In this document: in pieces, positions 42,201 to 52,637 of the stretch | Numbering within the stretch: the first letter of the stretch is position 1 | How the letters are laid out: every line of letters begins with the position of its first letter | From: Pelagomonas calceolata | Taxonomy: Eukaryota | Assembly: GCA_918797485.1 (NCBI GenBank) | Contig: CAKKNE010000003.1 | Location: 806,001-870,000 of the forward strand | Length of the DNA stretch: 64,000 nucleotides | Reading direction: 5' to 3' | Notes under the pieces: generated by a model | The model's database searches: none | Told to the model about the DNA's origin: nothing | What the model saw: the letters and a program-made list of their open reading frames with translations, nothing else | Translations under genes and position numbers: made by a program

Positions 42201-44490
42201 ACCGGAGGACCTGGGTAATTTAACAGCCTTAGTTACGCTAGACCTGTCGATGAACCAGCTCGAGTTCCTACCCGACTCGATAACGAATCTACACTACCTA
42301 GAAGAGTTAAGTGTAGCGAAGAATGATTTGTATAAACTACCGGAGATAGCGCCTCACCTCGAGCACCTGACCGCACTTAATTTAGATGCGAATAATTTGC
42401 ACTTGCTACCACCTCGCTTAGGGGAGTTGCCCCTCAAGTACTTACGAGCTTCGCATAATCGCCTAGAACGAATATATGACGACACGTTGCAAGGCAAGGT
42501 CGAGGAGACCCTAGAAGTACTGGGTGTAGCATCGAACAACTTACTGGAGCTGCCGGCCTGCATCCCCGCGTGTACCGCTTTGAAAATATGTCAAGTCGAG
42601 TACAATCCCATGCGCAATCCACCAGCAGAAATATTATCAGAGGGTGTGGAAATTTTATTACAGTACTGTCGAGTGCGAGAGAAGCGCTTCGACAAGTTCA
42701 AGGAACTGATGAGCGAGTTCCAGTTCGACTACTCGGAAGCGCACATGGCTCCGGAAGCCTTTGGCGTTCTTACGGGACGAACTGGTTTTTTAACACCAGA
42801 GGATTTGGCTGCGTTCGACAAGCAGGCGGATACGTATCTGAATGGGCAATACTACTCGTGTCCGTCGACGGATCTAGAAATATTGGAGAGGGTAGATAAC
42901 TTACGCCATGAAAGAGAACATACGTTCTATCATACGTTGTTGACGACCTTAATCGACGTGATTGAAGACGAGTTGAAGAGAGTTACTGGTTCCGGTAAGC
43001 GTCGGTTCGGCGGCGGTGTGCTGGTCGTCGAGCAGCGGCCGTGGGACAAGGACGGCGGGTACTGTGGGTCGTATGCTATCGCGCTGGACGCGTTGGTACG
43101 AGAGGCGAAGCCGGATCGGTTCCGACGGACCACGAGACCGGCCCTCTTCGACATCCTCAAGGTCAAACTCCCTCCCAGTCTATTTGATTACACATTAGAG
43201 GTTCTAAAAGATGCGATCATGAAGTACCAGGACCCGTATGGGCACGTGTCGCAGCTCGACAAGGTCGAATTTGATAGATGTGAATGCATCGACAAGAATG
43301 GCCGGCCGATCAACCACCGGAAATGTGTGCTGCCGGCGGTCTGCATCAAGAAAGTTATATATACGCAGGGCGAGGCGACGCGTGCGTATTCAGCGTCTGT
43401 TTTTACGCCGTCGACGCGACGTCCCGTCACCGTGGGCCCCCCGAGAGCGCCACCCGGCACGCCATCACCGCGCCACACCCACGCAGGCCGCGTCCAGGAG
43501 GACGACAAGATCGCCGCGACGTGGCGCAACCTGTGGAAGGACATCGAGCAGAAGATCAGGCAGCGGCACGGCAAGTTAATTATGAACAACGAGGTCCATC
43601 GAAGGAAGCGCAACGTGCAAACAAAAATCAAGAAGGCCAAGGAAGCCCTGGATAAGGCGAAGAACGACGTCAAGATGCTCTTGGACAAGTTGGAGATCGT
43701 GAAGCGGCGCATCGAAAACTTTGAAGCTGGCGATGCGTTCAATTTTCACCGCATCGCTTCGTCGGAAGAGGCTGAAGAACTGGAGCAGGAGGCCACGAAA
43801 GCCCTAGATGATAAAAAACTGGAAGTGCGGCAGTTCGAGTCGCAACTAGCTGTAGCGAAGACGCACGCGAAGATGCCGCCTAAAGTAGCCATGAACATCT
43901 GTCTCGAAGATATCAAGCGCAAGTATTGTGTGATGCGCTGGGAGGAAATAGTAGATGAAGCTAGACGAGATGCGGTCGAGTACGGGTATCGCCGGCCGTG
44001 GGACGGGGATGATGGTGAGGACTACGAGGTGTTCTATAACAGGTACGGGCGAGGTATCCGGGCGGGCCAGGAGATCGAAACGCTCCCGTCGTGGATCAAG
44101 CAGCTCAAGCCGGACCCCGCGCAGATCTTCAAGCCCGACCCGAACCTCCCGCCGGGCGTCGTCCAGACGAAGACCCAGACGCAAATACTGTACGAGTTGT
44201 TCCCCTACGACTGGAATTATACGGACGACATGTCCCAGTATGCCAATGACTACTACGACGAGTTCGAGAGCGAGTTCATTACCGAGGACATGGCGGCGCA
44301 AAACCGAAGGATCGCGCGGAATCTCAGGAATATCGAGCAGACGGGGAAAGCGCTGGACAAGAATTTTAGTCCGGAAGATGTTAAAAATGCGGTCGGTACC
44401 AATGATACTTCCGGAACGACGGACCAGTGGCGCAACGCGGAGATGAGCGCGAAGGACGCCCATAAGATCGCCGAGGACGACGGCATCTGA
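39226..44490 (+). CDS. Very large LRR protein with EF-hand, WW-like inserts and coiled coil; in-frame intron 43382..43486
   Basis: Three LRR blocks (LxxLxLxxNxLxxLP); VDDGSGTLSKNDF; YYVNTRTGKVQ; a 105-nt GTGCGT...ACGCAG intron. Confidence 0.85.
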   Translation: MMGRRPQSSDGNALFHAALRKRNEDMSTRDSRVVHKSDEDENPFLPPLPQHRHIGRKRPSDEAALNCDFKYLLIRHGSYAKARSALRQARQQQYTDKMKRLAKAESERQKVIEVQQVIKLSNTTGHPTLTNPISKQIATRKKKNKPPPPPPKPNSRENPRSKTIAEMTDDEKAVLQASRMKGLQKEQAAALARDLQRQQEVQRAFEAVDDGSGTLSKNDFEELLESLGLGARPPDKDEGVPSQSVFRVRADEWWAATDVYKAGRIGIGEAVNALPERIYAALDEDRKQRNKIVAYRESLLMEAEDFDAEEVAEEDLDPIQRELRRPTLQYKPFEFMKLVKAPPPPAWRDDGGAWGSPVEAPPLPEDGAKREGYLAVQRHELIVVERGLQYLPLFLGSTLMQQLGVTKISMPRNRIRELHCFELAPAVGCRSLIMLKELRMPGNGLRYLPDDIGLLRQLTYADLGRNSLTHLPQSFMELGETLTFLDVTRNNFKRLPDDIGELKALQTFLCADNILQRLPATLPRLHELQYLDISGNGLAHLCTFAPLAEVARKFTAGESDWDFRKIPLRNVAYYVNTRTGKVQKTMPHMLSLTQRELGQLKLGRNSRSDKPPAGEVPPPDPSLITSTVSYNHRKMLIASFGVDEWTVDWSDADGAMVYESAVNSERTIEMPSSLDRLGQLRSLIDLRCDNNQLRDLPPSLANLKNLRLFRCRGNYIRRLMPDTGKLQSLRTLDCTQNEMSHLPASCGKLQRLQSMSLQSNRFEKLPPLIGKLTGLKRLMLGNNALETLPYEIGFLTSLQELQVFNNPLIDPPYETISDLPAMMWACRQKYWAILNGPVPVVTAHQTGAGDEVYEPEPAYKIRMARKVEEAAATGRLELQLQGVYEIPGAKCIERNAKGDDKWAHPHLEGLRVLKMSMNHFKQAPLLTESLGNLRVLWLKACEIKQLNEDVDNLQKLRELILEENELTELPRTFPRLRQLQLFNCARNNIYHLPEDLGNLTALVTLDLSMNQLEFLPDSITNLHYLEELSVAKNDLYKLPEIAPHLEHLTALNLDANNLHLLPPRLGELPLKYLRASHNRLERIYDDTLQGKVEETLEVLGVASNNLLELPACIPACTALKICQVEYNPMRNPPAEILSEGVEILLQYCRVREKRFDKFKELMSEFQFDYSEAHMAPEAFGVLTGRTGFLTPEDLAAFDKQADTYLNGQYYSCPSTDLEILERVDNLRHEREHTFYHTLLTTLIDVIEDELKRVTGSGKRRFGGGVLVVEQRPWDKDGGYCGSYAIALDALVREAKPDRFRRTTRPALFDILKVKLPPSLFDYTLEVLKDAIMKYQDPYGHVSQLDKVEFDRCECIDKNGRPINHRKCVLPAVCIKKVIYTQGEATRAYSASVFTPSTRRPVTVGPPRAPPGTPSPRHTHAGRVQEDDKIAATWRNLWKDIEQKIRQRHGKLIMNNEVHRRKRNVQTKIKKAKEALDKAKNDVKMLLDKLEIVKRRIENFEAGDAFNFHRIASSEEAEELEQEATKALDDKKLEVRQFESQLAVAKTHAKMPPKVAMNICLEDIKRKYCVMRWEEIVDEARRDAVEYGYRRPWDGDDGEDYEVFYNRYGRGIRAGQEIETLPSWIKQLKPDPAQIFKPDPNLPPGVVQTKTQTQILYELFPYDWNYTDDMSQYANDYYDEFESEFITEDMAAQNRRIARNLRNIEQTGKALDKNFSPEDVKNAVGTNDTSGTTDQWRNAEMSAKDAHKIAEDDGI

Positions 44491-44701
44491 TGATTGTGTA
44501 ACTAGTGATTTGTGTCTTTCTTTCTCGGGTAGGCGTCGTTTCGCGGCCGTCGCGTCCGTGATTGGTGCTGATCAAAACGGGTTTAGAGCTTGGAGGGGGG
44601 GGTTTTCATCGATTTTTTTAGCGCTGCGCGCGGCGCGCGACCTCTCGATTAGGCGACTTGCGCGCGTCCTGCAATAGACGCCAAGTCACCGTGTCTGAAA
44701 A

Positions 44702-45040
44702 ATGGACCTACCCAAAGCAGTCGCCATTGCCGCGCGACGCGGAGACATCGACGCTGGGCTGTTCAGGCTTGTAGGTCTCTTTTGTGGATGGCCACTCTTT
44801 CTCGCGGTTGTGCCCGGCGTAAAAGGAGGCCACCGGTGGTGCGAACTGTTACTTAATCACGGCGCTTACGCTCGCCGCGCTCAGACACGATCAATCAAAA
44901 CAGGTTTTACAGGTCTTGCTTGCCTGCTTTTTGGCGCTATACGCCGTCAAAGCGTTCACAAGAAAGCGCGAGCGGGCTTTCGCGTGGCCAGATCTTGCTC
45001 CTCAGACAGACCACGGTGCAATTTAGGGACTCAGCATTGA
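44702..45040 (+). pseudogene. Degenerate, internally deleted ankyrin-family fragment
   Basis: MDLPKAVAIAARRGDID matches the N-termini of the 47183 and 11540 genes; PLFLAV...GH..CELLLNHGA follows, then the similarity is lost. Confidence 0.45.
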
Positions 45041-45060
45041 TTTCAACACATTGCAGTGCC

Positions 45061-45810
45061 ATGCGTGCAGAGCCCACCCCCTCTACTACGTCCGCGGCGA
45101 CCGTGCGCTGGTCCCTCTTCGGCGTCGTCGCGTTGGCGGGGTACTTTTTTTTCAGCGACGGCGACGTCGGCTACCTCCTCACGCTCTCGGCGATGGCGCG
45201 AAGCTTCGCGTTAATGTCTGTGGCGTACGCGTTTCACAAGAGCGCCACGCCGGTCGCGCCGGACACGATCCGCTGCCTGTGCGTCGTCGGCTTATGCCGC
45301 GCCTACTCGTACTGGCGGCGCCAGGGCTACGTGCCGTACGACCCCTCGGGCGACTGGGCCTTCGTCCTCGTCGAGGGCAGCGGCATCGCAGGGGCCCTGT
45401 ACGCGGCCTTTGCCTCGCGCCAAGAAAAATTTGCTCCGCCGCCGGGCGACTTCCTCATCATCACGTCGGGCGCATTTCTTATGGGCATGGCGTTCCACGC
45501 CGACCTCAACAAAGACGCTATATCTGATACCCTCTGGGCCGTCGCTGCCTACCTAGAAGTCTTGGCCTTGATCCCGGCGCTCGTCGCGGCGCGCGCGGGC
45601 CAGCCGCAGTCTCTGGAGTTCGCCCGCGCGATTGTGGTGTGTCGCGTGTTTTCGCTCGGGTTCTGGTCGCAAGCGTTCGCCGAGCTCAAGGCGCGCTCCG
45701 GCAGCTCTTTTGTCGGGGTAGTTGTGCTCGCGGTGGAGACACTTGCTGTCGTGCTCGCCGTGGAACTGCTCGCCGCTTCGTCACCGAAGGGACGCAACAA
45801 GAAGGACTAG
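45061..45810 (+). CDS. ER lumen protein-retaining (KDEL/HDEL) receptor family protein
   Basis: GYVPYDPSGDW, FHADLN...SDTLWAVAAYLEVLALIP; multiple TM helices. Confidence 0.85.
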   Translation: MRAEPTPSTTSAATVRWSLFGVVALAGYFFFSDGDVGYLLTLSAMARSFALMSVAYAFHKSATPVAPDTIRCLCVVGLCRAYSYWRRQGYVPYDPSGDWAFVLVEGSGIAGALYAAFASRQEKFAPPPGDFLIITSGAFLMGMAFHADLNKDAISDTLWAVAAYLEVLALIPALVAARAGQPQSLEFARAIVVCRVFSLGFWSQAFAELKARSGSSFVGVVVLAVETLAVVLAVELLAASSPKGRNKKD

Positions 45811-45823
45811 TTTACTAAGTTAG

Positions 45824-46998
45824 TTACCACAATCTACGGGACCCGTCTAGGTGCGCGATCGACGACGCAATACCTGCAACCGCTGCGTCGACGCGTTCTT
45901 TAGCTGTCGTCGCTCTAAGGAGGAGCGGCCTGATCTCCAGGGCAACACCGAGCGCCGGCAGTGGGTTCACATACGCGCCGACCCACAACGCCAGGTCGGT
46001 TGGTCGCTCGGGCGGCGGCATCGGCCCCAAATGCTTTCGGACTAAACCAAGGTGGTCCGGCTGCCGTTCGTGGCCGCCGTCGACCACGAGCTTCTCCCAC
46101 CTGTGTGGAAATCAAATTTCAGGCGCCCCACTCTCCGTGACTACGTCTGCTCGATCTTGGTTGATTTCCTCACAGTCTCTCACTGCTCGACGAGCGCGGG
46201 CAGCCGCTGCGCCGCCGCGACGGCCGCCGCTTCGTCGTCATCATCTAATTCTGGCGCGAGCGTCACCTTGCGCGGCTGCACGGCGCCGGCCGGGGCTTCG
46301 TCCTGGGTTTCGTCGACGGTGAAGCGCCGGCCCCCTTTCAGTTCGACGGAACACGTCTCGCTGGCGACCGATGCCTTCAGAATGATCGCCTCGACGCCGA
46401 ACGGGAACGCGCTGCCGGTTTGCCTATCCACACCTACGATGCCGAAGCGACCTGTGTGGAAATCAAATTTCGGGCGCCCCATGCCATGGACGCGATGTTG
46501 TCTCCGTAGCGTCTGCTCGACGGCGTGGAGATTCCAAGCCGTCGACGCGACGTTGTCGTCGTGGCCGCGTCGGCTCGATGGCGTGGAGGTTCACGGAAGG
46601 TCCACGCAATATTTCTCGACGACATAGCTCAATGGTTGATTTCCACGCAGGAAGCGACCGTGCCGCTGATCGTCGAACTGCTCGTCGCCCGCCTCCTCGA
46701 CCGCTTTGACGCCACAATATTCGACCATTTCGCGGAACGCCTGGTCCGACGTGCTGATGGCGAGTCGCTGGTTCGGCAGCGTCGCATCCAATACAACTAT
46801 AGGTAGCTCGAGCTGGCGGCTCTTCAGATCACCGACTCGATTCATTAGTCCCGCGATGAACGCGTCCGGTGAGGACGCGTCGATGGCGTCATCATCGCTT
46901 CCGCGCATCGCTGTGGCGGCATTTGTGCGCTGCTGCACAAGCAGGGAGAAGGCAGCACTGTGGTGCAGCACTAGTGGAAGCAGCATAACTCGAGCCAT
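45824..46998 (-). CDS. Lon N-terminal (substrate-binding) domain protein with a plastid-type leader; join 46998..46659,46451..46184,46100..45824
   Basis: LPIVVLDATLPNQRL, G|RFGIVG, GVE, GGRRF, NPLPALGVALEIRP; removing two introners joins three supplied ORFs in frame. Confidence 0.85.
46101..46183 (-). mobile_element. Introner element (83-nt intron)
   Basis: TIRs CTGTGTGGAAATCAA/TTGATTTCCTCACAG; TSD TCTCCCAC/TCTCTCAC. Confidence 0.92.
46452..46658 (-). mobile_element. Introner element (207-nt intron)
   Basis: TIRs CTGTGTGGAAATCAA/TTGATTTCCACGCAG; perfect TSD GAAGCGAC at 46444..46451 and 46651..46658. Confidence 0.95.
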
Positions 46999-47182
46999 TG
47001 CTCTGCAATGTGTGATACAGCCTGTAGAGCAGCGTTACACGAGGCCTCTGCTCGGAGCCGCGCAGTGTCACGCCTGTTTGCCGCTGCAAACCGAGTGGAG
47101 CTAGCGTCTTGTAACACACTAGAATCGACCTACCGGCAACTCACGCGCGAGATATAAAGCGCCACTGTCCACTGTCGCGGCG

Positions 47183-47980
47183 ATGATCCCAGAGCATCTT
47201 TTTGCCGCAGCGGCTCGAGGAGACCTAGAGACCATCAGGGCCTATTTTGAGGACGACAGCGACGGCGTCGCGCGGAATGTAGACGATTCCTTAGGTGATG
47301 AAGGTGATGATAATGACGAGACGCTTCTGCTCAATTGTGCAGGGGGCGATATTAATCATGATCGCATGACTTTAGCGCACGTTAACTTGGCACGATACCT
47401 CCTGTCGCGCGGTGCGTCAATCGATCTTCGCAATTCATGCGGAAATACCGCGCTGATGAGGGCTTGCTACTGTGGGACTGGCGCGGTGGCGGTTTTAGAG
47501 ATGGTAGAGCTGTTGCTTTCAGCGGGCGCCGACGCGAACGCGAGGAACAGGTACTCCCGAACACCTCTCGGTGCTTACATCAGGTTCTCCCGAAGTCCCC
47601 GCCTGGCGGTTGTCACCGCGCTGCTGAGATACGGTGCTTTGCTTGACCGTTGCTTTAGGGACATTACTCTTGAGGAATTATTGGACATTACTCTTGATAC
47701 CTTTGCGGAAACCGGGGAGGATGGCTCTGAGGAATTGCCCGCCATCCAAACCCTCGTAGCCGGCGTCCGACGGCATGGATCCCTCAAGAGGTATTTGCGC
47801 GAGCCGCACCGCGAGGTGCTTGCGCTTCGAGGTCTTGCGATGCGGGGTCACCTTACGCCGAGGGGGACGCGTCGCACGCGAAGGACTCAACAATGGGAGG
47901 CGGCCGTCGCCTTCCTCGCGCGCCAGGGCGACAATGGAGTCGTCTGGAACATTCTCTCGTTCTGGCGCGCGACCGAGTAA
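47183..47980 (+). CDS. Ankyrin-repeat protein, intronless paralog of 10717..11540
   Basis: GNTALMRAC, GADANARN; C-terminal FLARQGDNGVVWNILSFWRATE. Confidence 0.9.
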   Translation: MIPEHLFAAAARGDLETIRAYFEDDSDGVARNVDDSLGDEGDDNDETLLLNCAGGDINHDRMTLAHVNLARYLLSRGASIDLRNSCGNTALMRACYCGTGAVAVLEMVELLLSAGADANARNRYSRTPLGAYIRFSRSPRLAVVTALLRYGALLDRCFRDITLEELLDITLDTFAETGEDGSEELPAIQTLVAGVRRHGSLKRYLREPHREVLALRGLAMRGHLTPRGTRRTRRTQQWEAAVAFLARQGDNGVVWNILSFWRATE

Positions 47981-47994
47981 GAAAACGTACTACG

Positions 47995-49083
47995 TTAGCC
48001 ACTAGCAATCGACGGCAGCGACAGCGGCAGCAGCGCCGTGTCCACGCGGGGCCCCGTCGCGAAGAGGCGGTCCCAGTGGTCGCCTCTCCGAAAGGTTGGC
48101 ACCGCCTTCTCCAGCGTGATCATCAACACACCATCAACGATCTCCCACCGCGCCTCGCCGACGGGCCGCAGGAGCCTCGCCCCGTCGAAGAACGCGACGT
48201 CCTTGAGGCCCGCGGTTAGCGTTTCGCGCGTCGCCTCGACGACGACGTCCTTCCGACCTCTCGGCAATTCAATGACGCACGTGACCGTCTCGGGCGTCTG
48301 GCGCCACGAAAATTCGCCGCAGTCGCCTCCATGAAAAGCGTTTGGCTTGAGTAAAGCCGTAGCTTGGAGTGGAGCCGACCAGGGCCCGGCGCCCCGCACG
48401 TTCGACGCCCGGGCGCGAATGTCCAGCGAGGCGCCGGGCGTCGTCGCGGCCGTGGCCGTCTTCTCGGTGGCATTGTAGGTCAGTGGCGTCCACGCGCCGT
48501 CGTCAGCACGGCTCTCCACGATCACGTCATCTGCGTTGCCGAAGCGGCCCCGCACTGCCACCACCTATGTGGAAATCAAATTTACGGCGCGTTCCTGCGT
48601 CGATCTCCACACCATCGACGCGACACATGTTCGATGGCGTGGCGATGTCGGTTCCTCACCGCTCGACGGAGCCAGGACGACCGCGTCGTCGCCGAGAAAT
48701 GACTTGGTGCACCCGGCACACTGGTTGATTTCCACACAGGCCACCACTTTCACCTCGATGGTCGTCGCCGTGCGCTTCTTGACCCGGATTGCGGGCGCGA
48801 TCGACGGCTTCGCGTAGGCGTGCCGTCCCATTGTGACCCGAGCGAGCCGCCGGCAGAGCCACACGCCGAGTTTGTACAACGGCCCCTGCCGCGACAGCTT
48901 CACGACCTTGCTCAGGCCGCGGCCGAGCCACGGGATTTTCAGCATGATTCGCACGACGACGTACAGTATCAGCAGGACGACGATTTGGAATTGCAGTAAG
49001 GCGAGGCGCTGTTTGAAGGTCGCAGCAGGCCGATCTGCGAGCTCCTGGAGCTTGAGCCGGGCGGCGGGGGAGAGCTCGCGCAT
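47995..49083 (-). CDS. Membrane-anchored FN3 plus CS (p23/NudC-like) domain protein; join 49083..48748,48564..47995
   Basis: TM segment; IRARASNVRGAGPWS (FN3); FSWRQTPETV...ITLEK...W.RLF (CS domain). Confidence 0.8.
48565..48747 (-). mobile_element. Introner element (183-nt intron)
   Basis: TIRs CTATGTGGAAATCAA/TTGATTTCCACACAG; perfect TSD GCCACCAC at 48557..48564 and 48740..48747. Confidence 0.95.
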
Positions 49084-49488
49084 CCTGGTCGTCGACGGCG
49101 TGCGCGTGGGATGATGAGAGGAGGTCGCAGGGTGAGGCAGCCCTCGCGTCGATGGCGTACAGCTGCTACGCGTCAAAGTGGAGTCCCAAAGGTATCGGAG
49201 CGCGAGTCCAGCGACCGCTACGTAGCACAAAAGGCTGCCCCGGCCGTGGTAGCAATAGCTAGCGTATGTAAGACACTAGCGAGCAAGCGGCACGGAAGTG
49301 CACTCGACTGAATCGAGGCGTACAGAGGCGCAGCGATCATAAGCGAACGTCGCACACTCGCCGGGTGCTGTACTGCTGCGCTGCGTGGGCTCAGACAGCG
49401 CGAAACCGCGGCACAGGGACTGTTTCCCACCAAACGCCACCGCCGTGCCGAGGGCTAACGCGCCGGCGCACGATACGAAGCCGATACG

Positions 49489-51391
49489 ATGGCGGCGCAG
49501 ACGCAAGCTTCCGAACGGCGCAAGGAGTCCTCGCCCGCGAACTACGCCTTCGGCCGCGTCTTAGGTGAAGGCGCGTTCGCGCATTGCGTGCTCGCGAAGC
49601 AGCGCTCCACAAAAACGACGGTGGCCGTCAAGATCATGCTGAAGCGCCATGTGGAGCGCGAAGGGAAAGTAAGAGCTGTGCACGCGGAAAGGGAAGCGCT
49701 GGCACGAGCGCGGAGTGACCACATTGTGCGCCTGATCGAAACGTTCCAGGACCGCGACTACCTGTTCTTTGTGCTCGAGTTTTGTAGTGGAGGCGATCTG
49801 CGACGACTCCTCGACGCCAATATCCCGTCGATACGAGGAGAACACGGTTTAACAAAGTACGCCTCAAGCTTCTACGCCGGAGATGTCCTACTAGGCTTAC
49901 AATTCCTCCATTCGTTGGACATTGCTCATAGAGACCTAAAACCGGAGAACGTGCTCATCGATAATAAAGGGAGGTGCAAGCTCGGCGACTTCGGGGCCGT
50001 GCTGGATCTCACAAGCGGTCAGAGAGCGGGGAGCTTCGACGGTGCGTCGCCGCGTCCACTCGACGCCGTCGTCATGAGCGCGCCGTCATCACGAGTAATT
50101 CGTACACGCGCAGGCACGGCCGAGTACGTGTCGCCCGAGGTGCTGGAAGGGGAGAGTACGACTACAAAGTGCGACTTGTGGGCTTTAGGTTGTTTGGTGT
50201 TTCAGTTATCGACGGGACGGTTGCCGTTCACGGGCGCTACCGATTTTCTGGTCTGGGAAAAAATTGTGGCCTTCGCCGACGGTAACCGAGACGAGGTCGA
50301 CTTTACGTCTGTATCTGAAGATGTGGAGGATCTGGTACGTAGATTATGTAGGAGGGACCCGTCATCGAGGTTGTGTGGGGAGGAACTCGAGGCGCACGCG
50401 TTTTTTGTGTGTCCGGTCGCGGACATTCGCGCGTCCCGAGCTTGTGTGCCGTGGACGCCGGAGCCGTGCTCCCACACCTGTGAAGCGTCGTTTAGCGTGG
50501 AGTATATGCTGGATCTGGAGGCCGGGAGCTACGGGGACAACGTCCCGACCTGTGCATAAATCAAATTTTCACGGCGCGTTCGTGCTGAATCGTCGCGTCG
50601 ACCGCCACGCCATCGACGCGACGCCTGCTCGATAGCGTGCGGTTCCTCAGAGTTGTGCACAGGTCCCTACACTGCGGGAGTCGGAAACATCAGTGGCAAG
50701 TACAAAAAAACTCGTCGGGTCCGCGTCCTCGAGACGGGCCCTGACGGACTACGACTGGGACGCTTCATTAAGTTCGGAACGCGTCGTGGCGAAGGGTATA
50801 CTGTGGAAGCGCAAGGGCCTGTTCTGGAGGGAGCGCGTGTTTTTATTGACGTCGGCGCCGCGGTTGGTGTATTATGACGCCTCCAAGAAGGTGCCAGAGC
50901 GTAAAGGTTGTGTGGAATGGCCCGCGGACGCGCCTCCCAAAATACGGCGACGGTCTCCAAGTAGATTTGATGTTTGTGTTGCTGGTCGCGATTATCACCT
51001 GGCGGCAAAAGGCGACGGCGACGATTCGGCAGATGCCTGGATCACGCGCCTGTCTCGCGTGTTTTCCGGTGATTTAAGTCCAAAAGTCGGGCGCCAGGGC
51101 TGGATCTACAAACGGGGCGGCGGCGGCACGTCGTCGGCCTATCGGCGGCGGTATGCAATACTAAGGGGCAACCAGCTCTTCTACTACCGGCGGCCGCCCG
51201 CCCAACAAGCCGTCTCGCCGCAGGGCGTCGTGCGCGTGCTGAGTGCGTCGATCGCGCCGGAGGACATGCCCGGCAAGGCCGCGTTCACGATGGCGACGGA
51301 CTCGGGGCGGACCTTTTATGTGTGCGTCGAGACGGCCGAGGAGCGGGCCGCGTGGCTAGCCGTGCTGCCCGAGGCGGACCCTTGTTCGTGA
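49489..51391 (+). CDS. PDK1: 3-phosphoinositide-dependent kinase 1 homolog with two PH domains; join 49489..50041,50114..50541,50663..51391
   Basis: FGRVLGEGAF, HRDLKPEN, SFDG|TAEYVSPE, DLWALGC; KRKGLF..R..LLT..PRL.Y (PDK1-type PH); second PH RQGWIYKRG. Confidence 0.88.
50542..50662 (+). mobile_element. Introner element (121-nt intron)
   Basis: Ends CTGTGCA.../...TGCACAG; TSD GTCCCGAC/GTCCCTAC; interior AAATCAAATTT..ACGGCGCGTT is shared with the 48565 element. Confidence 0.88.
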
Positions 51392-51408
51392 TTAATATTT
51401 GTAAGTTA

Positions 51409-52450
51409 CTAGTTGTTGAGGGCAATGTGCCCGACGATGGCGGCCTCGATCAGCCCGCGGACGGTGTCGTCGTTGCCGAGGTTGTGCCCGCCGTCGTACT
51501 CGACGAGGCGCGCGCCGGGGATCAGTTCGTGGAGGGCCCGTCCGGCCTGGATTGGAATAAGAGGATCGTACCGACCGTGCAGCACGAGCGCCGGCACCGT
51601 AAGCTTCTTGAGGCCCTCCTTGTGGGCCGCGAGCTTGGAGGCGGTCCAGGCGTTGATGGCGAGGCTCTGCCGCGCCGCGCCCTTGCCGCCCCAGTCGATC
51701 CCGCCCCTCGCATAATCGATCGCCACGGCCTCCTCGATGACGCTCTGGAGCCTGGGCGTCCAATCCGGGAACGCCTTGTCGGTAGCACATAGCTTCATGA
51801 TTGGTAGCGACTTCTCGAGGACCTCCTGCTGAGACATGCCCTCCGTCAGCCCGCCCGCAGCAGCCGCCTCCATGAGCTTGCCCCACCACTCGGGATTCTT
51901 TTGCATGGCGGTCGCCACGGCGCCGTTGAGGTCGAACGACGTCATGATAGGGACGACCGTCCGGCAGCGGTCCGCGTGGCGAACCGCCACGTTCTGCGCG
52001 ATGAGCCCGCCCATGGACACGCCCACGACGTGCGCCTTGTCGACGCCGTAGTGGTCGAGGACGGCGACCGCGTCGTCCGCCATGTCGTCGACGCACCATG
52101 CGAAAACGTTGTCGGGGTTCGCGCCGGGACCCGTGAGGGGCACCGGGTCCGGCGTCGTGGCTTCGCCGGCCTCGTCCCGCGTCAGGCCCGAGCCTCGGTT
52201 GTCGAGCGTGATGACGCGGTAGCCCGCGCCGGCGAGGCGCTCGTCGAGGCCGCCCCACTTCGTCATGGAGGTGCCGTGGCCTGTGTGCACGCAATTAGCC
52301 GGCGTCGGTCGCGTCGCGTCGATTTATACGCTGCGGCAAACCCATAATCATCAAGACTGCTGGCTTAGATGTCTCCCCGAGCGAACGGTGACAGATGCGA
52401 ACGCCGTTCAAGGCAGTCACTTGCGCGAACTTAGATGCGGCCTTGTTCAT
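51409..52450 (-). CDS. Alpha/beta hydrolase; join 52450..52342,52280..51409
   Basis: Exon 1 reads MNKAASKFAQVTALNGVRICHRSLGETSKPAVLMIMG; DNRGSG, GVSMGG, HGRYDPL, GGH; 61-nt GT-AG intron. Confidence 0.88.
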
Positions 52451-52637
52451 CTTTCGATCGTTGTAGTTTTGTCTTATTTGTAGTGATTTTTGCTGATGCT
52501 TTGCTTGTTGCTCATGCTAGTGTCTCACAGGCCGCTAGCCGCGCACGCGTTTCCGAAGCGCCATAAGCGCGGGAGCCCTGGAAGCCGCGCACCATGTACA
52601 CAACAGGTATTCTCTTTTATATCTTATTTACATTGCA

